A stretch of 64,000 nucleotides of DNA, from contig JALAGF010000438.1 in NCBI GenBank assembly GCA_030167865.1, positions 1 through 64,000 of the forward strand, given 5' to 3'. Under the pieces are notes generated by a model. It was given only the letters and a program-made list of their open reading frames with translations, was not told the DNA's origin and searched no databases. This stretch comes from Craspedostauros australis (Eukaryota). This document shows, in pieces, positions 34,541 through 46,390 of this stretch. The first letter of the stretch is position 1. The number at the start of each line of letters is the position of its first letter. The position numbers and the translations under genes were made by a program.

Positions 34541-37214
34541 TTAGAGGTTGGAGATGGATTCGCATGTACCCTCCTTGGACGAGACGCTCCTCGTGTCATT
34601 CTGCGCCGATTCGCATCCTGCGTTGCTTTGGGCCGACCCGTTCATGCGCTTTTCCTTGGCGCCGTCGTTCCGGAGTGCAAACAGCGTCGTAAAGTACTCG
34701 TCGCCCATGGCTTGCCCCGTGACGTACTTTCCGCTGAAGCAGCTGGTGTCAAATGTCTCCAATGGGAAATCTTTGGAGGCGATGGACTTGACAGAGTCCT
34801 CCAAATCATTGAGATCCTGGTACACGACCCACTCGCAGCCAATCTTTTTCGCGATCTCTTCCTCGTCGCGCTCGAAGGCGATCAGCTCCTGACGCGTCGG
34901 AATGTCGATGCCGTAGATGTTGGGATACCGGATCGGCGGCGCGGCACTGCAAAAGTAGACCTTGGCAGCGCCTGCATCCCGGGCCATCTGCACGATCTCA
35001 TTTGCGGTGGTTCCACGCACGATGGAGTCGTCCACCAGAAGGACGTTGCGGCCTTCGAACTCGTTCTTGATGGTGTTGAGCTTGAGGCGCACGGACTTTT
35101 TTCTGGTCGCCTGTCCAGGCATGATGAACGTTCTGGCGATATACCGATTCTTGATGAACCCCTCACGGAAGGGACGGCCCAAACCGTACGCACATTGCAA
35201 CGCCGATGTTCTCGACGTGTCGGGAATTGGAATGACGACGTCGATGTCGTGGTCTGGGTGAACGCGCTTGATCTTTTCCGCCAGCTTCTGTCCCATGTTG
35301 AGGCGGGATTCGTACACCGACACGCCATCCATGATTGAGTCCGGACGGGCGAAGTAGACGTATTCGAATATGCATGGCGCCAGCATGGCATCTGCGCGAC
35401 ACATACGGGTGTGACACTTGCCCGTCACCATGTCAACAAAGACTGCCTCGCCTGGCTTCACGTCACTACGGTTCCATTGGGTTGCGGTGGTGGTTTGTTT
35501 GTTTGTTTGTTTGCGTGTGCATGCGTTTTGTACCGCATCAGATGGCAAGGCATCACATGGCGCAGTGTGACATAGAGAAAAGTTCGCAAAGGAATACATA
35601 CAGCATGGTTTGGAGTGACACCATACGTGTGAGATGGATCCGCTTCCGAAGATCGCAGCAGTCAGTACAGCTTGCCACAACGCCATAGCCGTATCAGCAT
35701 GGACTTCTTGCGTGTTCATTTCCTTGCTGCTGTCACCGCTGCAGTGATTGTCATTCGCGCTCGCACTCGCTATCATGACCAAAATCTGGCGCAAATCTGA
35801 TCAAAGGCTGATCGCATCCATGCGCATTTTGGAGATCAGCGCAAAGAAATGCAAACGATGGCTGCCCAGCACAAATTCAAAGAAAAATAGCGGTCATCTC
35901 CATTCTCGTTCGCTCCTTGTGCGTTGCTGCAGCAGTAAGGATGCGTTTGACGTACCGAAGAAGCTGGAAACCGAGAGTGTCGATCGCCACTGATTCACTG
36001 GCAATGACGTAATCAACGGGATCCATGTTGATCTCAAGATCCTCCGTCGTGAGCTTTTTCCCCTTGGTGTTCCCACCACGCGGTCTGCAACCAAAGGTCA
36101 ATGGACGGATGCCATTTGGGTCACGGAAACCCACCAGCCCAACACCGTTGATGAGGTAACATGTGGCATATCCACCTTCACACTGCTGCATGATCTCCGA
36201 AACGGTGGAGAAGATGGATTCGACCATGTCCCCTCCGCCCAAATTGGGCCGATTCGTCAATGACTCCGCGAAGAGGTTGAGCAGAAGCTCCGAATCGGAA
36301 TCGGTGTTGACGTGTCGTTGCTGACTGGCCATGTGCTCGTAAAGTTCGTCCGTGTTGGTGAGGTTACCGTTGTGCGCCACGCAGATTCCGTAGGGGTAGT
36401 TGGTGTACAGTGGCTGGGCCTCGGCGCACGAGCTGGTTCCGGCCGTGGGATACCGAACATGGCCGATTCCCATGTTGCCGCGCAGCTCGAGCATGTGATG
36501 CTGCTGGAAGACGTCGCGGACCAAACCGTTCTCCTTTCTGAGATGCAGACGGCGACGTTCGGCTGTGACCATGCCCGCTGCATCCTGTCCGCGATGCTGA
36601 AGCACTGTCAATCCATCGAAGATCAGTTGATTGACCTGTTATGATGCGTACCGGTTGGTGGGAATTTGCAAGTGATTGGGAATACGTGGTTGGGTGGGCG
36701 GATGTGTGGATGCAGACCATCACCACCATCGTTGTTATGCATGGCGTTGATTGCGATTGAAGCGGTTTTTAGGTGAGAAAGATGTGAGAGCGTTGGGATC
36801 TTGGCGGGTCATGTCTCATTGTTCGTTGCTCACGGATGCACACCAACGACACCACCAATCCATCAACCCATCCATCAACTCATCCATCGACATGCCATCG
36901 AATCGATCAACCAACCAATCAACTAATCGGATTTCCCAGATGAGCAGATCAGCAAACGATCGCCGTGTCGATTCTGGGAACGATCCGCCAAAGACGCACG
37001 GCGAACCACAGCAGAACCACGCCAGAACAACAGCAACAACGATGACGGAACAGTGGAGATGAATGTCGCATCGCTTTGCAAGTGCTTCATGCAATGATGT
37101 GCATTGCGGGATATGCATCGTATGATGTGCATCGTGTTACATGGCAGAACAAATCAACGAGACACTCACGTTGGCGTCCTCATCCGCGAGAAGCAGTCCC
37201 AGAATTCCGCACAT
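34541..37214 (-). CDS. purF: Amidophosphoribosyltransferase (glutamine PRPP amidotransferase), ~549 aa, 3 exons
   Basis: Exons 37214..37170 (MCGILGLLLADEDAN, missing from the ORF track), 36635..35956 and 35465..34541. Introns 37169..36636 (GTGAGT..CAG) and 35955..35466 (GTACGT..TAG). Motifs: LQHRGQDAAG, GHVRYPTAG, AHNGNL, CIFEYVYFARPDS, NRYIARTFIMPGQ, VLLVDDSIVRGTT. Confidence 0.96.
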
Positions 37215-38364
37215 GATTGATGTCTTGTTGCCTGCGATGCCCTACTTCCGATGGATTTGATCGATCACGCAGTAACTTTGTGTGTGCGTGTGTGTGTGGC
37301 TTTCAGTTGATCCTGTTGGTGCTGTTGTGGGTATGTAGTCGTATTGGTATCAGCGCCAATGTCTGTGTCTTGTGCCGTCTTCGTTGCTGTTGCTGTCCTC
37401 GCCGTCCTTGTTTGAGAGAAAGGCCATTCCAAACCCACTGTCGCAATTCTGCGAGAAGCTGGGAGATGCTGATGCTGCAGGTGTGTTGATGCGCCGATTG
37501 GTCGCGCTCTCGTACTGGTTCTGCGCCAAGAAAAGTGTCCTTGCGCGGTCGTTTGTTGTTGGCGGGATCAGGACATCATTTCTCACATCACGCGAGATGT
37601 CTGCCATCGAAGACCAACAACGAAGTTCCCGGATCCATCGGCGAATCATGACAGCCAACCACGCCGAATCTGATCGGTGGCAGAAAATGCTGCCCGTCTG
37701 GCAGTCGACTGTGCGATCGAGATGGTCAACGAGTCCAAACCAGGTAGCTCGAATCTCCATCGATTTGTGGAGATCAGTAGACTGCTGGTAACTTGTAGCT
37801 CGCACCAATAGCTCGTACTCAATTCGTAACGGTTCCATACCATCGAGGATATAACAGATGGTATTATAATAGAACGATGAAGTCATTGAAATAGAACAGA
37901 GTTGAGTAGAGCACTTGAATCCGACGACATCTGCATGCATCCATGCGTTCCCACCATGGTTCTCCCTGGAGCCGCATCATGGTCCCACCCTGCGACCATC
38001 TCATACACGAATCTTTTCTCTATGTTCTCAAGGCGACTCTCTTGCGGCTGGACAGCCGGATAGTTGAATACTCTACCTACTACGGGTAACATGTTCGTAT
38101 CGTACTCTATCGTATTAGTATTAGCAATAACAACTTCCGTGTTTGGCACTTCCGGTGCCATGTTCGCATGCTTCCGCATCACAGCAATCCAAAAGATCTT
38201 GGTCGACGGAAGCATTGCCCCGGTGGGCACCTTTTGGTCGCAGCAGAAGCGGGAGACAACCGAAGCCGGAAGCATTCTCACCGCTCACAATCGATGAACA
38301 GGGCGTTCCGCATGGACAATATGCGTGCTATTCTGGAGTATGTACCATACGCGTAGCGTGCCAC

Positions 38365-41300
38365 CTATCTCGTGCTGCCGCTGCTGCCTCCATCGCCATC
38401 AAAGTCGCTGTCGGCATCCGTCATGATCTCATTCTTGTCATCTATCAGCATCTGCCTTGCCTTGATGCTCACCTTGTCCTTCTTCATCCGCAACGGCGTC
38501 AGCATGGACCACAGCTGCTTCTTGCCAGCGCCGGGCTTGCGCGGGCTCTGCTGCGACACGCGCTTCGTCTTCAGCACGGTCAGCTGCTTCTGCAGGAACG
38601 CGATGGTCTCATCCTTGCGTCCCATGCTCTTCTTGGACGCGGACTTTTCGTAATCCAGCTTTCGCTCCAGGGCCTTGTTGTGCGTCTTCAGGCTGCTGAT
38701 CTGTCGTTTCAACGACGTCAGGTAGTCTTTCGAGCTCTGTCGTGCGAAGCTCTTCTTCAACGCTTCAATGTCCGCCAACATGTCCTGCCGTTCGACCTCC
38801 ATGTCGTTCATCTCCAGGTTCATGTGGACCAGCTTTTGCTTGACCGATCGCAGCTCCTTCTTCGATGCGGCGTGATCCTTCTTCAGCTGCTTCTTGTCGT
38901 TCAGCAGATTCACGTAATCTGCCTCCTTGCGGGACTCCATCTCTCGCTTCAGCCGCGTCAGCTCGTCCAGCAGCTCCGTCACCTGCTCATCCTTTTGCTT
39001 TAGCTTGGTCAGGTTGACGTCCTGGAAGCTCGTGAATTCCTGCTGCAGCTTCTGATTCTCTTCATCCAGTTCTCGCAGCTGCGTGTTGATCGCCTTGATG
39101 CGTTCCATCTCCATCTTGTCGTTGTTCTCCGACATTTGCATTTGCAACTTCTGGATGTTCGAATTCGCATCCTTCATGGCCTGGAGCCGGACCTTCTCCT
39201 CCAGGGCCTGCTTCTCCTTGCCGAGACGTGCCATCTCGCCCTGCATGAATGCGATAGATTCATCCTTGCGTTCCAACCTGCTGTTAATGTCGGTGCGATC
39301 CACTTGGAGCTTGCCGCGCAGCTCGGTCACCTCCTTCTCCAACTCCTTCACCTCCTGCTTCAGCTCATCGTTCTCGGTTGCTGTCTCCTCGAGCTCGTTC
39401 TGGCGCTGCGTTACCTCCTTTTCCTTGGCTAGGATCTTGTCGCACAGATCAGCGATCTCTTCCTGCAGCTTCGAGATCAGCGCCCCGCGCTCTTCCAGCT
39501 CGATTTGCAGCTGACTGCCGTCCAGACCATCAAGTAAGGATCGCGTGCTGCTGGCGCCCATGCTCCTGTGCGACATTGGCTTGCGGACACCGCGGTTCCC
39601 GTTGTTATCGTTGAGAGGTTGCTCCGTGTCGTCATCGTCATCGTCCAAATCCGACTTTGACCGACCACGGCTTGGTGCGCAATCGTTGAGAGAGGGGGAT
39701 ATTGGATTTGTGGCGCTCGCGCCGTCGGCTGTATCGTGATTGTCGTCGTCATGGTGCTCCGATGTCGGATCGTCCAAGTGATCGGCGTACATGTGCGTCT
39801 TGCTTGTTTGCAATTCGATCTTGTCGAACTCATCCTGCAACCTTTCTTCTTCCAGCTTGAGTTTCTCTTCGAGATCGAACAGATCATTCTCCCATTCTTC
39901 CAGCTTGGCCTCTCGGTCCATGTCCAGTTCCACCTCACGATCCACCACCTTGGCCTCCCTCTCTTCAATATCCTTTTCTCGTTCCGCGAGATGCGCCAAG
40001 CGTTCGTTGTATGCCTCACGTTCGTTGTCGCCGACCGAATCATTTGCAGAGGCCTTGGTCGAGCCTCTGGATCTGTTGCTCGCATGCGAGACCGATGACA
40101 AGGTTCGACTGAGTTGCTGCGTTGTCGCATTTGACTTGTTGGCATGGTCTGTTGGCACGGCGCCATCCACAAGACTTCCGCCTGATTCCGTTTCAGCGGT
40201 CTCAACGCTCGCGCTGCGACCAATCGTATCCTCCTCACGGGCGACCAATTCATCGCGCAGCGTCAGTATCTCCTCCTCCATCTCCTTCATCTCGTCCTCC
40301 ATCTTGATGAATTCTTGCTCGGCCCTGTGGAGCTTCAATTCCAGATGATCCACCTTGTCCAGCTGCGAGTCCAAGGCCACGGTGAGCTTCTCCACGAGCC
40401 CTGCCTTCTCCGACAGCGCCTCCGCGTACTCCTCAATGTCCACGTGCAGTTCCTGCATTTCGTCCCTTGTGGTCTGCTCCTTCAATTCCATCTCCTCGAG
40501 CTGTTGGGTGAGGCTCTGGTTGATCTGCTGCTCCTTGATCTGCTGTTCCAGGGCACTCTTGAGCTGGAGTTGGATTTGTTCCATGTCGTGCTGCAAGGAA
40601 TGGATAAGATCCGGATCACTGTGCATATCTGTTGCTGGTGGTGGTGCTGGTGTTGTTGTTGTTGGCGGTGACATTTCTGTACCAGCACTGGCAACTCCAC
40701 TTTCACCAGCACCAACTGATGCTGGTTGAGAATCTGATTGTGAGGAAGCTGGCGCGGGCGGTTGCTCCTGCTCCTGCTGTTGCTGCGGTTGCATGGGTGC
40801 TGACGTTGTTCCTGACGCCGTGGCCTGATTGGATGCATGGACATTGTCAAGACTATCCTGCTTCTTTTCTTCGCCATCGTGATTATCGCTGGGACGCATG
40901 AGCCCACCAGGTTCTCTGTTGGCACGTTCATCAACCTGCGCATACAACTCCTTGCGCAGACGCTCAATTTCCGTGAGCAGGGCCTCATTCTCCGTCGTCA
41001 TCTCGGTCGTCTTTTCGTCCGACTCCATCTGCAGATCCTTGACGTGCGATTTGGCATTGCCCAGTTCCTGAACGAGGGATTCGTTCTGCTTTTGCAGGTC
41101 CGCGAGCGCCTGTTGCACGGTGTCAAGTTGCTGCTTGGAGACATCGTCGCTTTTGTTGGTGTCGCGCGCACCGCTGGATCCCAGCTCAATGTTTGGCGAC
41201 GACGTTGCATTTGCTCCAACCTTTGTTGACTTGGCATGAACTGCAGCAGCAGTGTTTGACGTATTGCCATTAAGATTCGCATGGTCGACATCGTCGTCAT

Positions 41301-42297
41301 GATATAGGTCGGCGGTGGCGATGGAAGCATTCGGATCCTCTCGCGGTGACACCATGTCGTAGTTGGAGTCGTTGTCCAGCTCGCTGTGGCCCAACGAGTG
41401 ATCATCGGAGACGTTTCGCCGCTTCCCTGCTGTCACCACCGCGGCTGCTGCTACTGCTGCTGCCTGTTGGTGTTCGTGGGCCTGGGCGTGAACACCATCG
41501 AGATTGTCATGATCGGCGCTCTCCATGGAATTGGACGCGGCCTTCAATCGAGCAGCAGCAGCGGCAGCATTCTTGGTCTTCTTCGAGACGCTGCTAATGG
41601 AACCGGCTCTGCTCTTCCTGCGTTGCAGCTTGGCTGTCTTCTTCGTGCCCGATTTCTTGCCCTTGGCACGTGGGCTGGAATCATTGTCGCCGTCATCGTC
41701 GTCCATCGCAGCATTCGTGATGCGCTTCTTGCGCCGCGAGACCGTTGGCGATGCCATGCCGTCCGCCGCGTTGCCCGCATCGTTGGAAACCGACATCTTG
41801 CTCTTGCGCTTGCCCTGCTCCATCTTGGTCTTCCTGGTGCCGGTGCCCGCGGTGGCCGACTTGGCCTTCTTCGTCTTCTTCGCGGTTGGCTTGGCCTGGC
41901 TGGCACCATCCGCACCGACGTCCTCGCTGTCCTGGCTTGGCACCGCGGCCATCGACCCACCATCGTCCTCCGCAGCCACCTTCTTCTTCTTCTTCTTGGC
42001 GCCCGGCTTCTTCTTCTTCTTGGTCTTCTTCTTCTTGGACTTGACCTTGGTGCCGTCCTCCGCGTAGCTGAACTGAGACACGCTGTCGTCGCAGGCAACC
42101 GAAGACGCATCGTCGCTCGTCATCCAGCCGCTGGCCATGGAGAGGTCGTCGTCGTCGTCATGGCCGCCATGCCGGCGCTGGGAGTACCGGGATTCGTCGT
42201 CGTCCGAGATGGACACCATGTTCTCCAGGCGTCCCAGATGCGCGCCCAGCTTGGGCTTCGACTTCTTCTTCTTGAACAGCTTCATTGCCTTGTTCAT
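38365..42297 (-). CDS. Uncharacterised 1310-aa protein with a Lys-rich N-terminus and three coiled-coil blocks
   Basis: Single long ORF with coding-like composition. Poly-Lys tracts (KSKKKKTKKKKKPGAKKKKKK) and heptad-rich E/L/K segments. No family recognised. Confidence 0.8.
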   Translation of the reverse strand: MNKAMKLFKKKKSKPKLGAHLGRLENMVSISDDDESRYSQRRHGGHDDDDDLSMASGWMTSDDASSVACDDSVSQFSYAEDGTKVKSKKKKTKKKKKPGAKKKKKKVAAEDDGGSMAAVPSQDSEDVGADGASQAKPTAKKTKKAKSATAGTGTRKTKMEQGKRKSKMSVSNDAGNAADGMASPTVSRRKKRITNAAMDDDDGDNDSSPRAKGKKSGTKKTAKLQRRKSRAGSISSVSKKTKNAAAAAARLKAASNSMESADHDNLDGVHAQAHEHQQAAAVAAAAVVTAGKRRNVSDDHSLGHSELDNDSNYDMVSPREDPNASIATADLYHDDDVDHANLNGNTSNTAAAVHAKSTKVGANATSSPNIELGSSGARDTNKSDDVSKQQLDTVQQALADLQKQNESLVQELGNAKSHVKDLQMESDEKTTEMTTENEALLTEIERLRKELYAQVDERANREPGGLMRPSDNHDGEEKKQDSLDNVHASNQATASGTTSAPMQPQQQQEQEQPPAPASSQSDSQPASVGAGESGVASAGTEMSPPTTTTPAPPPATDMHSDPDLIHSLQHDMEQIQLQLKSALEQQIKEQQINQSLTQQLEEMELKEQTTRDEMQELHVDIEEYAEALSEKAGLVEKLTVALDSQLDKVDHLELKLHRAEQEFIKMEDEMKEMEEEILTLRDELVAREEDTIGRSASVETAETESGGSLVDGAVPTDHANKSNATTQQLSRTLSSVSHASNRSRGSTKASANDSVGDNEREAYNERLAHLAEREKDIEEREAKVVDREVELDMDREAKLEEWENDLFDLEEKLKLEEERLQDEFDKIELQTSKTHMYADHLDDPTSEHHDDDNHDTADGASATNPISPSLNDCAPSRGRSKSDLDDDDDDTEQPLNDNNGNRGVRKPMSHRSMGASSTRSLLDGLDGSQLQIELEERGALISKLQEEIADLCDKILAKEKEVTQRQNELEETATENDELKQEVKELEKEVTELRGKLQVDRTDINSRLERKDESIAFMQGEMARLGKEKQALEEKVRLQAMKDANSNIQKLQMQMSENNDKMEMERIKAINTQLRELDEENQKLQQEFTSFQDVNLTKLKQKDEQVTELLDELTRLKREMESRKEADYVNLLNDKKQLKKDHAASKKELRSVKQKLVHMNLEMNDMEVERQDMLADIEALKKSFARQSSKDYLTSLKRQISSLKTHNKALERKLDYEKSASKKSMGRKDETIAFLQKQLTVLKTKRVSQQSPRKPGAGKKQLWSMLTPLRMKKDKVSIKARQMLIDDKNEIMTDADSDFDGDGGSSGSTR

Positions 42298-43495
42298 CTT
42301 GCCAAGAGCCTAACGGTGTGGAGTGGAGTGGGGTGGAGTGCGCAGAGTCGAGTGCTGCTCTCTTCGTCTTGCTCTGCGTGTCTTGCTCTCTTCGTCTTGA
42401 TGTCCAATGCGAATGCAGTGAATCGAATCGAATTGAACTGGAGGCGGAGTGAAGTGTCGCTGCTCCTCCTCTCAGTTCCTTCCGCCTCTTGAATTGGTTG
42501 ACGAATGCAATGTTGGAGGGTTCAACGTGGCACAGAGGTGTGATGCGGTCTGCTAATAGTCGCAGTCGCAGTTGTAGGTCCAACGAATGTGGCTGATCGG
42601 TGCCGAAGTGGAGTGAGTTGGTGTCACTTCACTCGCACATCTCCTTTGTTTGTGCTCTGTGGTCGTGTGCCACTAACACCACACTTTCGTCACATGCGCT
42701 TTGGCGGCACAAACACAACAGAGAGAAGGCAACGCGGTGGTCGCGTTCAGCCAACAAAGCCCGAAAACGAGGATTCTTTTCCTCTTCTGGGTGCTTTTTT
42801 TGTCGCGGCATTCTTGTGAACGTCAACGCAGTCACGATGACAATTGGCGCTTTTGGGCAAGACAGTCGCATGAGACATCGTTGCGGTTTTCGACAGAGTC
42901 AGTCAATTCTGGGTACATTATTCTTAGTTTCTTGCACGCAACAGCAGTACGACTACAACAACTTCATTTCATGATACTTCTTGTGTGGTACGTGCGCTAT
43001 CTAACACAACTGGGTGTCGTTTCAGCCATCGCAACATGCTTCACATTCAAGGCCTCCAATCGCAGCGGCACGCCAGCAGGTGCCGCGGAGCGCTCTTGTT
43101 GCGATACGCTGTGATTATGCTTCCCAGTGTTATTGTGTATCGTATCCTCTTGACTTGGCGAATGCCATGACGCCACACCACGCATGATCATGCCTACTCT
43201 CTCTGTCTCTCCTTCTTCTGTCTTTTCTTGGTCATCATCGATCAAATGCGCCTTTCAGCACGATGCTGTTGAAGTGTAAGCGGAGTAGAGTAGAGTATTC
43301 TCCTCGACCGTATTTCGACTTTCTTGCCCAAGCCACCATTCGGTTGGATGCCCTGCTGCTCTGACGATGGTTTTGTTTCGTGTCATAATTCCTCATTTCC
43401 ACATTGAAATGCTCTCAACTGATGTACCATGCTTGTACTACTCGCAGTCCATCCTCGTATCTATCCAATCAAACAGTCTGCGCACAACCATCCTC

Positions 43496-44011
43496 TCAAA
43501 ATCCAAATCGCCACCATGGCTTCTTCTTCTGCGTCTCGTCGCCAGCCTCCGCCTGCTTGCGCTGCAGCACCTTCATGCTGGCCTCCTCTTCCCGCTGCGC
43601 GATCTCGGCAGGCGCAGCGACCGCCACCTCCACCTGCGCGTCCTTGCTGTACGTCACGCCGCTCTCCAGGGCTTCGATCTCCTCCGGTGAAAGACGCCGC
43701 TTGTGCTCGTTGGCCACGCGGGCCTCCTGCGCCTCGGCCTTGAGCTGGGCCAGAGGGTCGGCTTCGATGCCGTCCGCGGCATTCTGGTCGCCACGGCCCA
43801 CGGCGTTCATGGAGTACACGAAGACGGATCCCACGAACGTGGCCAGGAAGGCGGCGAGTCCGATGTTCTGCAGCGTCGGCGGCGATGCGGTTGGTGGCGA
43901 CGATGCGAAGCGACGGCGGATGGGGGCGCGACCTCCGCTTTGCAGCATATCGCGGCATCGTCTCTGCTGCTGCAGCAACACATGTCGTCCGAGTTTCTGA
44001 ATGTGGCTCAT
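43496..44011 (-). CDS. Small mitochondrial membrane protein, COA3/CCDC56-like (cytochrome c oxidase assembly), ~171 aa
   Basis: Arg-rich presequence (...PIRRRFASS) followed by the transmembrane segment NIGLAAFLATFVGSVFVYSMNAVG, which resembles the COA3 signature. C-terminus KKKPWWRFGF. The family call is tentative. Confidence 0.55.
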   Translation of the reverse strand: MSHIQKLGRHVLLQQQRRCRDMLQSGGRAPIRRRFASSPPTASPPTLQNIGLAAFLATFVGSVFVYSMNAVGRGDQNAADGIEADPLAQLKAEAQEARVANEHKRRLSPEEIEALESGVTYSKDAQVEVAVAAPAEIAQREEEASMKVLQRKQAEAGDETQKKKPWWRFGF

Positions 44012-44816
44012 GGTTTGCGTCAATTGTGTTGAGTAAGAACAGTCACAGTATTATTGTTGGGTGCAGTTGCGATGTATCGTACTATTTGGAGTTGCAATAC
44101 TTGGAGTTGAGAGTAGCACAATGAGCATGGATGCAACAGATGGCTCTGTGTTCAGCAAATGTGGTGAGATCTCGTTTGTGGGAGGGTTTGGGTTCCTGAT
44201 CTTTGGTTGACAGCGGAGCGAGCCACCCGTCGTGGCTGGTCTCGCTTCGGCTTCGGTGACAGTGTTCGTGACGATGATGTGTTTCGGTTCCTTTTTGGCC
44301 CACGAATCTATGTTGTCGCATGCGACATATGTAGGCTACGATTAGTGAAGGTACTACATTAGATATAATGTACTTCTTGCATGAATGTAGGGGGCTTCGT
44401 TGTTGGCAACGACGATTTCGGTCATTCGAGTCGAAAATCTGTGTTGTTGAACTCCGAAAGTCCACGATCTTTGGGTACGAAGGAAGATCTGTGGTGAGTT
44501 TGTCGCGACGTCACGGATCGCTGTTGTTGCCTCGTCCTTCCTCTCTTCTCTGCTGGAGTGCTTCCCTTGTGACTGTGCGATTGTGGGCCTACCACGACCT
44601 CGAGGCATCGTTGGTGGCTTCTCTTCGCCGTTGCCGTTGTCGTTGTCGTTGTTGCTGGCGCCGTTCACCGACTGTTCGCTCGTTGGCTCCATGCTCCTGT
44701 TTGCCTCTCTGCGACGACCCAGCCCTCCCATCATCTACCGACACTGCCGTGCCGCCCTTGTCCTCTTAACTCCCAAGTGCTACAACACCACACCAGCAAA
44801 CAAAAACTCGATCACC

Positions 44817-46390
44817 ATGATGAAGTACACCGCCCTCGTTGCCGCCCTCCTCTCCGCATCGGCCTCGGCCTTTGCCCCAGCCCAGTCCAACACCCGGGCC
44901 GCTGTCAGCCTCAACGCCGAGCGCAGCAAGTCCATGCCATTCATGAACCGTCCAGCGCTCGTGAGTCACTCCATGTGTTGGGATGGTGCGCTCCAGAGAG
45001 CACTAATGCATCTTATGACAGCAAACCATGCATATTGCAATGCTGGAAGCGCGTCGTTCTTGTGCGGCTTGTGTGATGACGCGAAGCCGCTTGTGGATCT
45101 GCATCCGCAATTGCGTTGGAGCAACCCTCGTTTCCAGTGTTCGTGAATGCTGTCACCGGATGGAGAAGAACGGAGCAGATGGGTAGGGATAGTACATTGT
45201 CTTCGCGTGGTCTTCATCCCCGTTCCCACACTCAACAGCATCGCTGCAGTTCTGACGAGAAACTTGCAAGCAAATAAGCAGGTGTCGCAATGCAGCAGCT
45301 ACAAGAACCACAAGCACCAATGTGACTGATCAGCGACGCTAACCTCATCTGCTTCTTTCCTCTTCCATTCCATTCACTTCCCTTCCGATGTCTCAATCTC
45401 ATGCTGTCGCTTGCAACGCGACGATCGGCAAATGAACTGACGGATGTCTGCAACATGCACGTATGAACGCGTATGCGTGGATGGCGCACATATGCGTGCG
45501 TTGATGTCATCACAACGATGGCGCCACGCGTGACGCACAACAAACAAACATACGCATGCAAAACCTACCCTCGCATTCGGAATGCAATCGGATGCGTGAA
45601 TGAAATGGGTTGATACAATGCTCTCCCAATCGTCGCATGCAAACGATCAACTACTACGCGCCTGGTGTCGATGATGTCGCGAACTATGGCATTGGCAAAC
45701 TACCGCGACACAACACGACACTACAACTCCCAACATGTGTGCTTGTATGCTCGTGTGCCATACTCACACAAACGCCGAACGATGACGTCAATGCCAATGT
45801 CAACAATGATGATAACGACGCCCATCATGTCCATACTCTATGTATGCATTGATTGGCGATTACAGCTTGATGGATCCATGGCAGGAGATGTTGGCTTCGA
45901 CCCACTCGGTCTCTCCAACATCGACGAGGTCGGCGTCGATCTCTACTGGCTCCGCGAGGCCGAGATCAAGCATGCTCGTGTTGCCATGCTCGCCGTCGCC
46001 GGAATCCTCCAGGTTGAGATCTTCGGACCAGCCCCAGGATGCGAAATGGCCACCGCCAAGAACCAGATGGACGCATTCTGGCAGATCTGGGGTGCCCACC
46101 CACAGTACATCGCCGCCGGCCTCATCGGAATCATGTTCATCGAGGCCTTCTCCGGAATCGCCGTCACGCAGGGACGCATCACAGGAGAGCGCGCCCCAGG
46201 TGACTTCGGACTCGACCCACTCGGGTACGGAAAGGGAGACGCAGACAAGTTCGAGCGACTGAAGGGACAGGAGATCGCCAATGGCCGTCTCGCCATGTTC
46301 GCTGCCGCTGGAGAAATTATGCAAGGAATGACAACTGGAGACGGCGCCATCGGAAACCTGATGACTGCCTTGAAGGACAACTCCTTCTAA
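44817..46390 (+). CDS. Lhcr: Light-harvesting complex protein, Lhcr-type (PSI-associated FCP), ~222 aa, 2 exons
   Basis: Exon 1 44817..44960 encodes MMKYTALVAALLSASASAFAP...SKSMPFMNRPAL. Intron 44961..45865 (GTGAGT..CAG, 905 bp). Exon 2 45866..46390 has LDGSMAGDVGFDPLGLS, WLREAEIKHARVAMLA, PGDFGLDPLG and QEIANGRLAMFA. Confidence 0.93.

Noticed and set aside
41500..42297. Silaffin-like interpretation of the Lys/Ser-rich N-terminus
   Set aside because: No signal peptide, so an SDV/secretory protein is unlikely.
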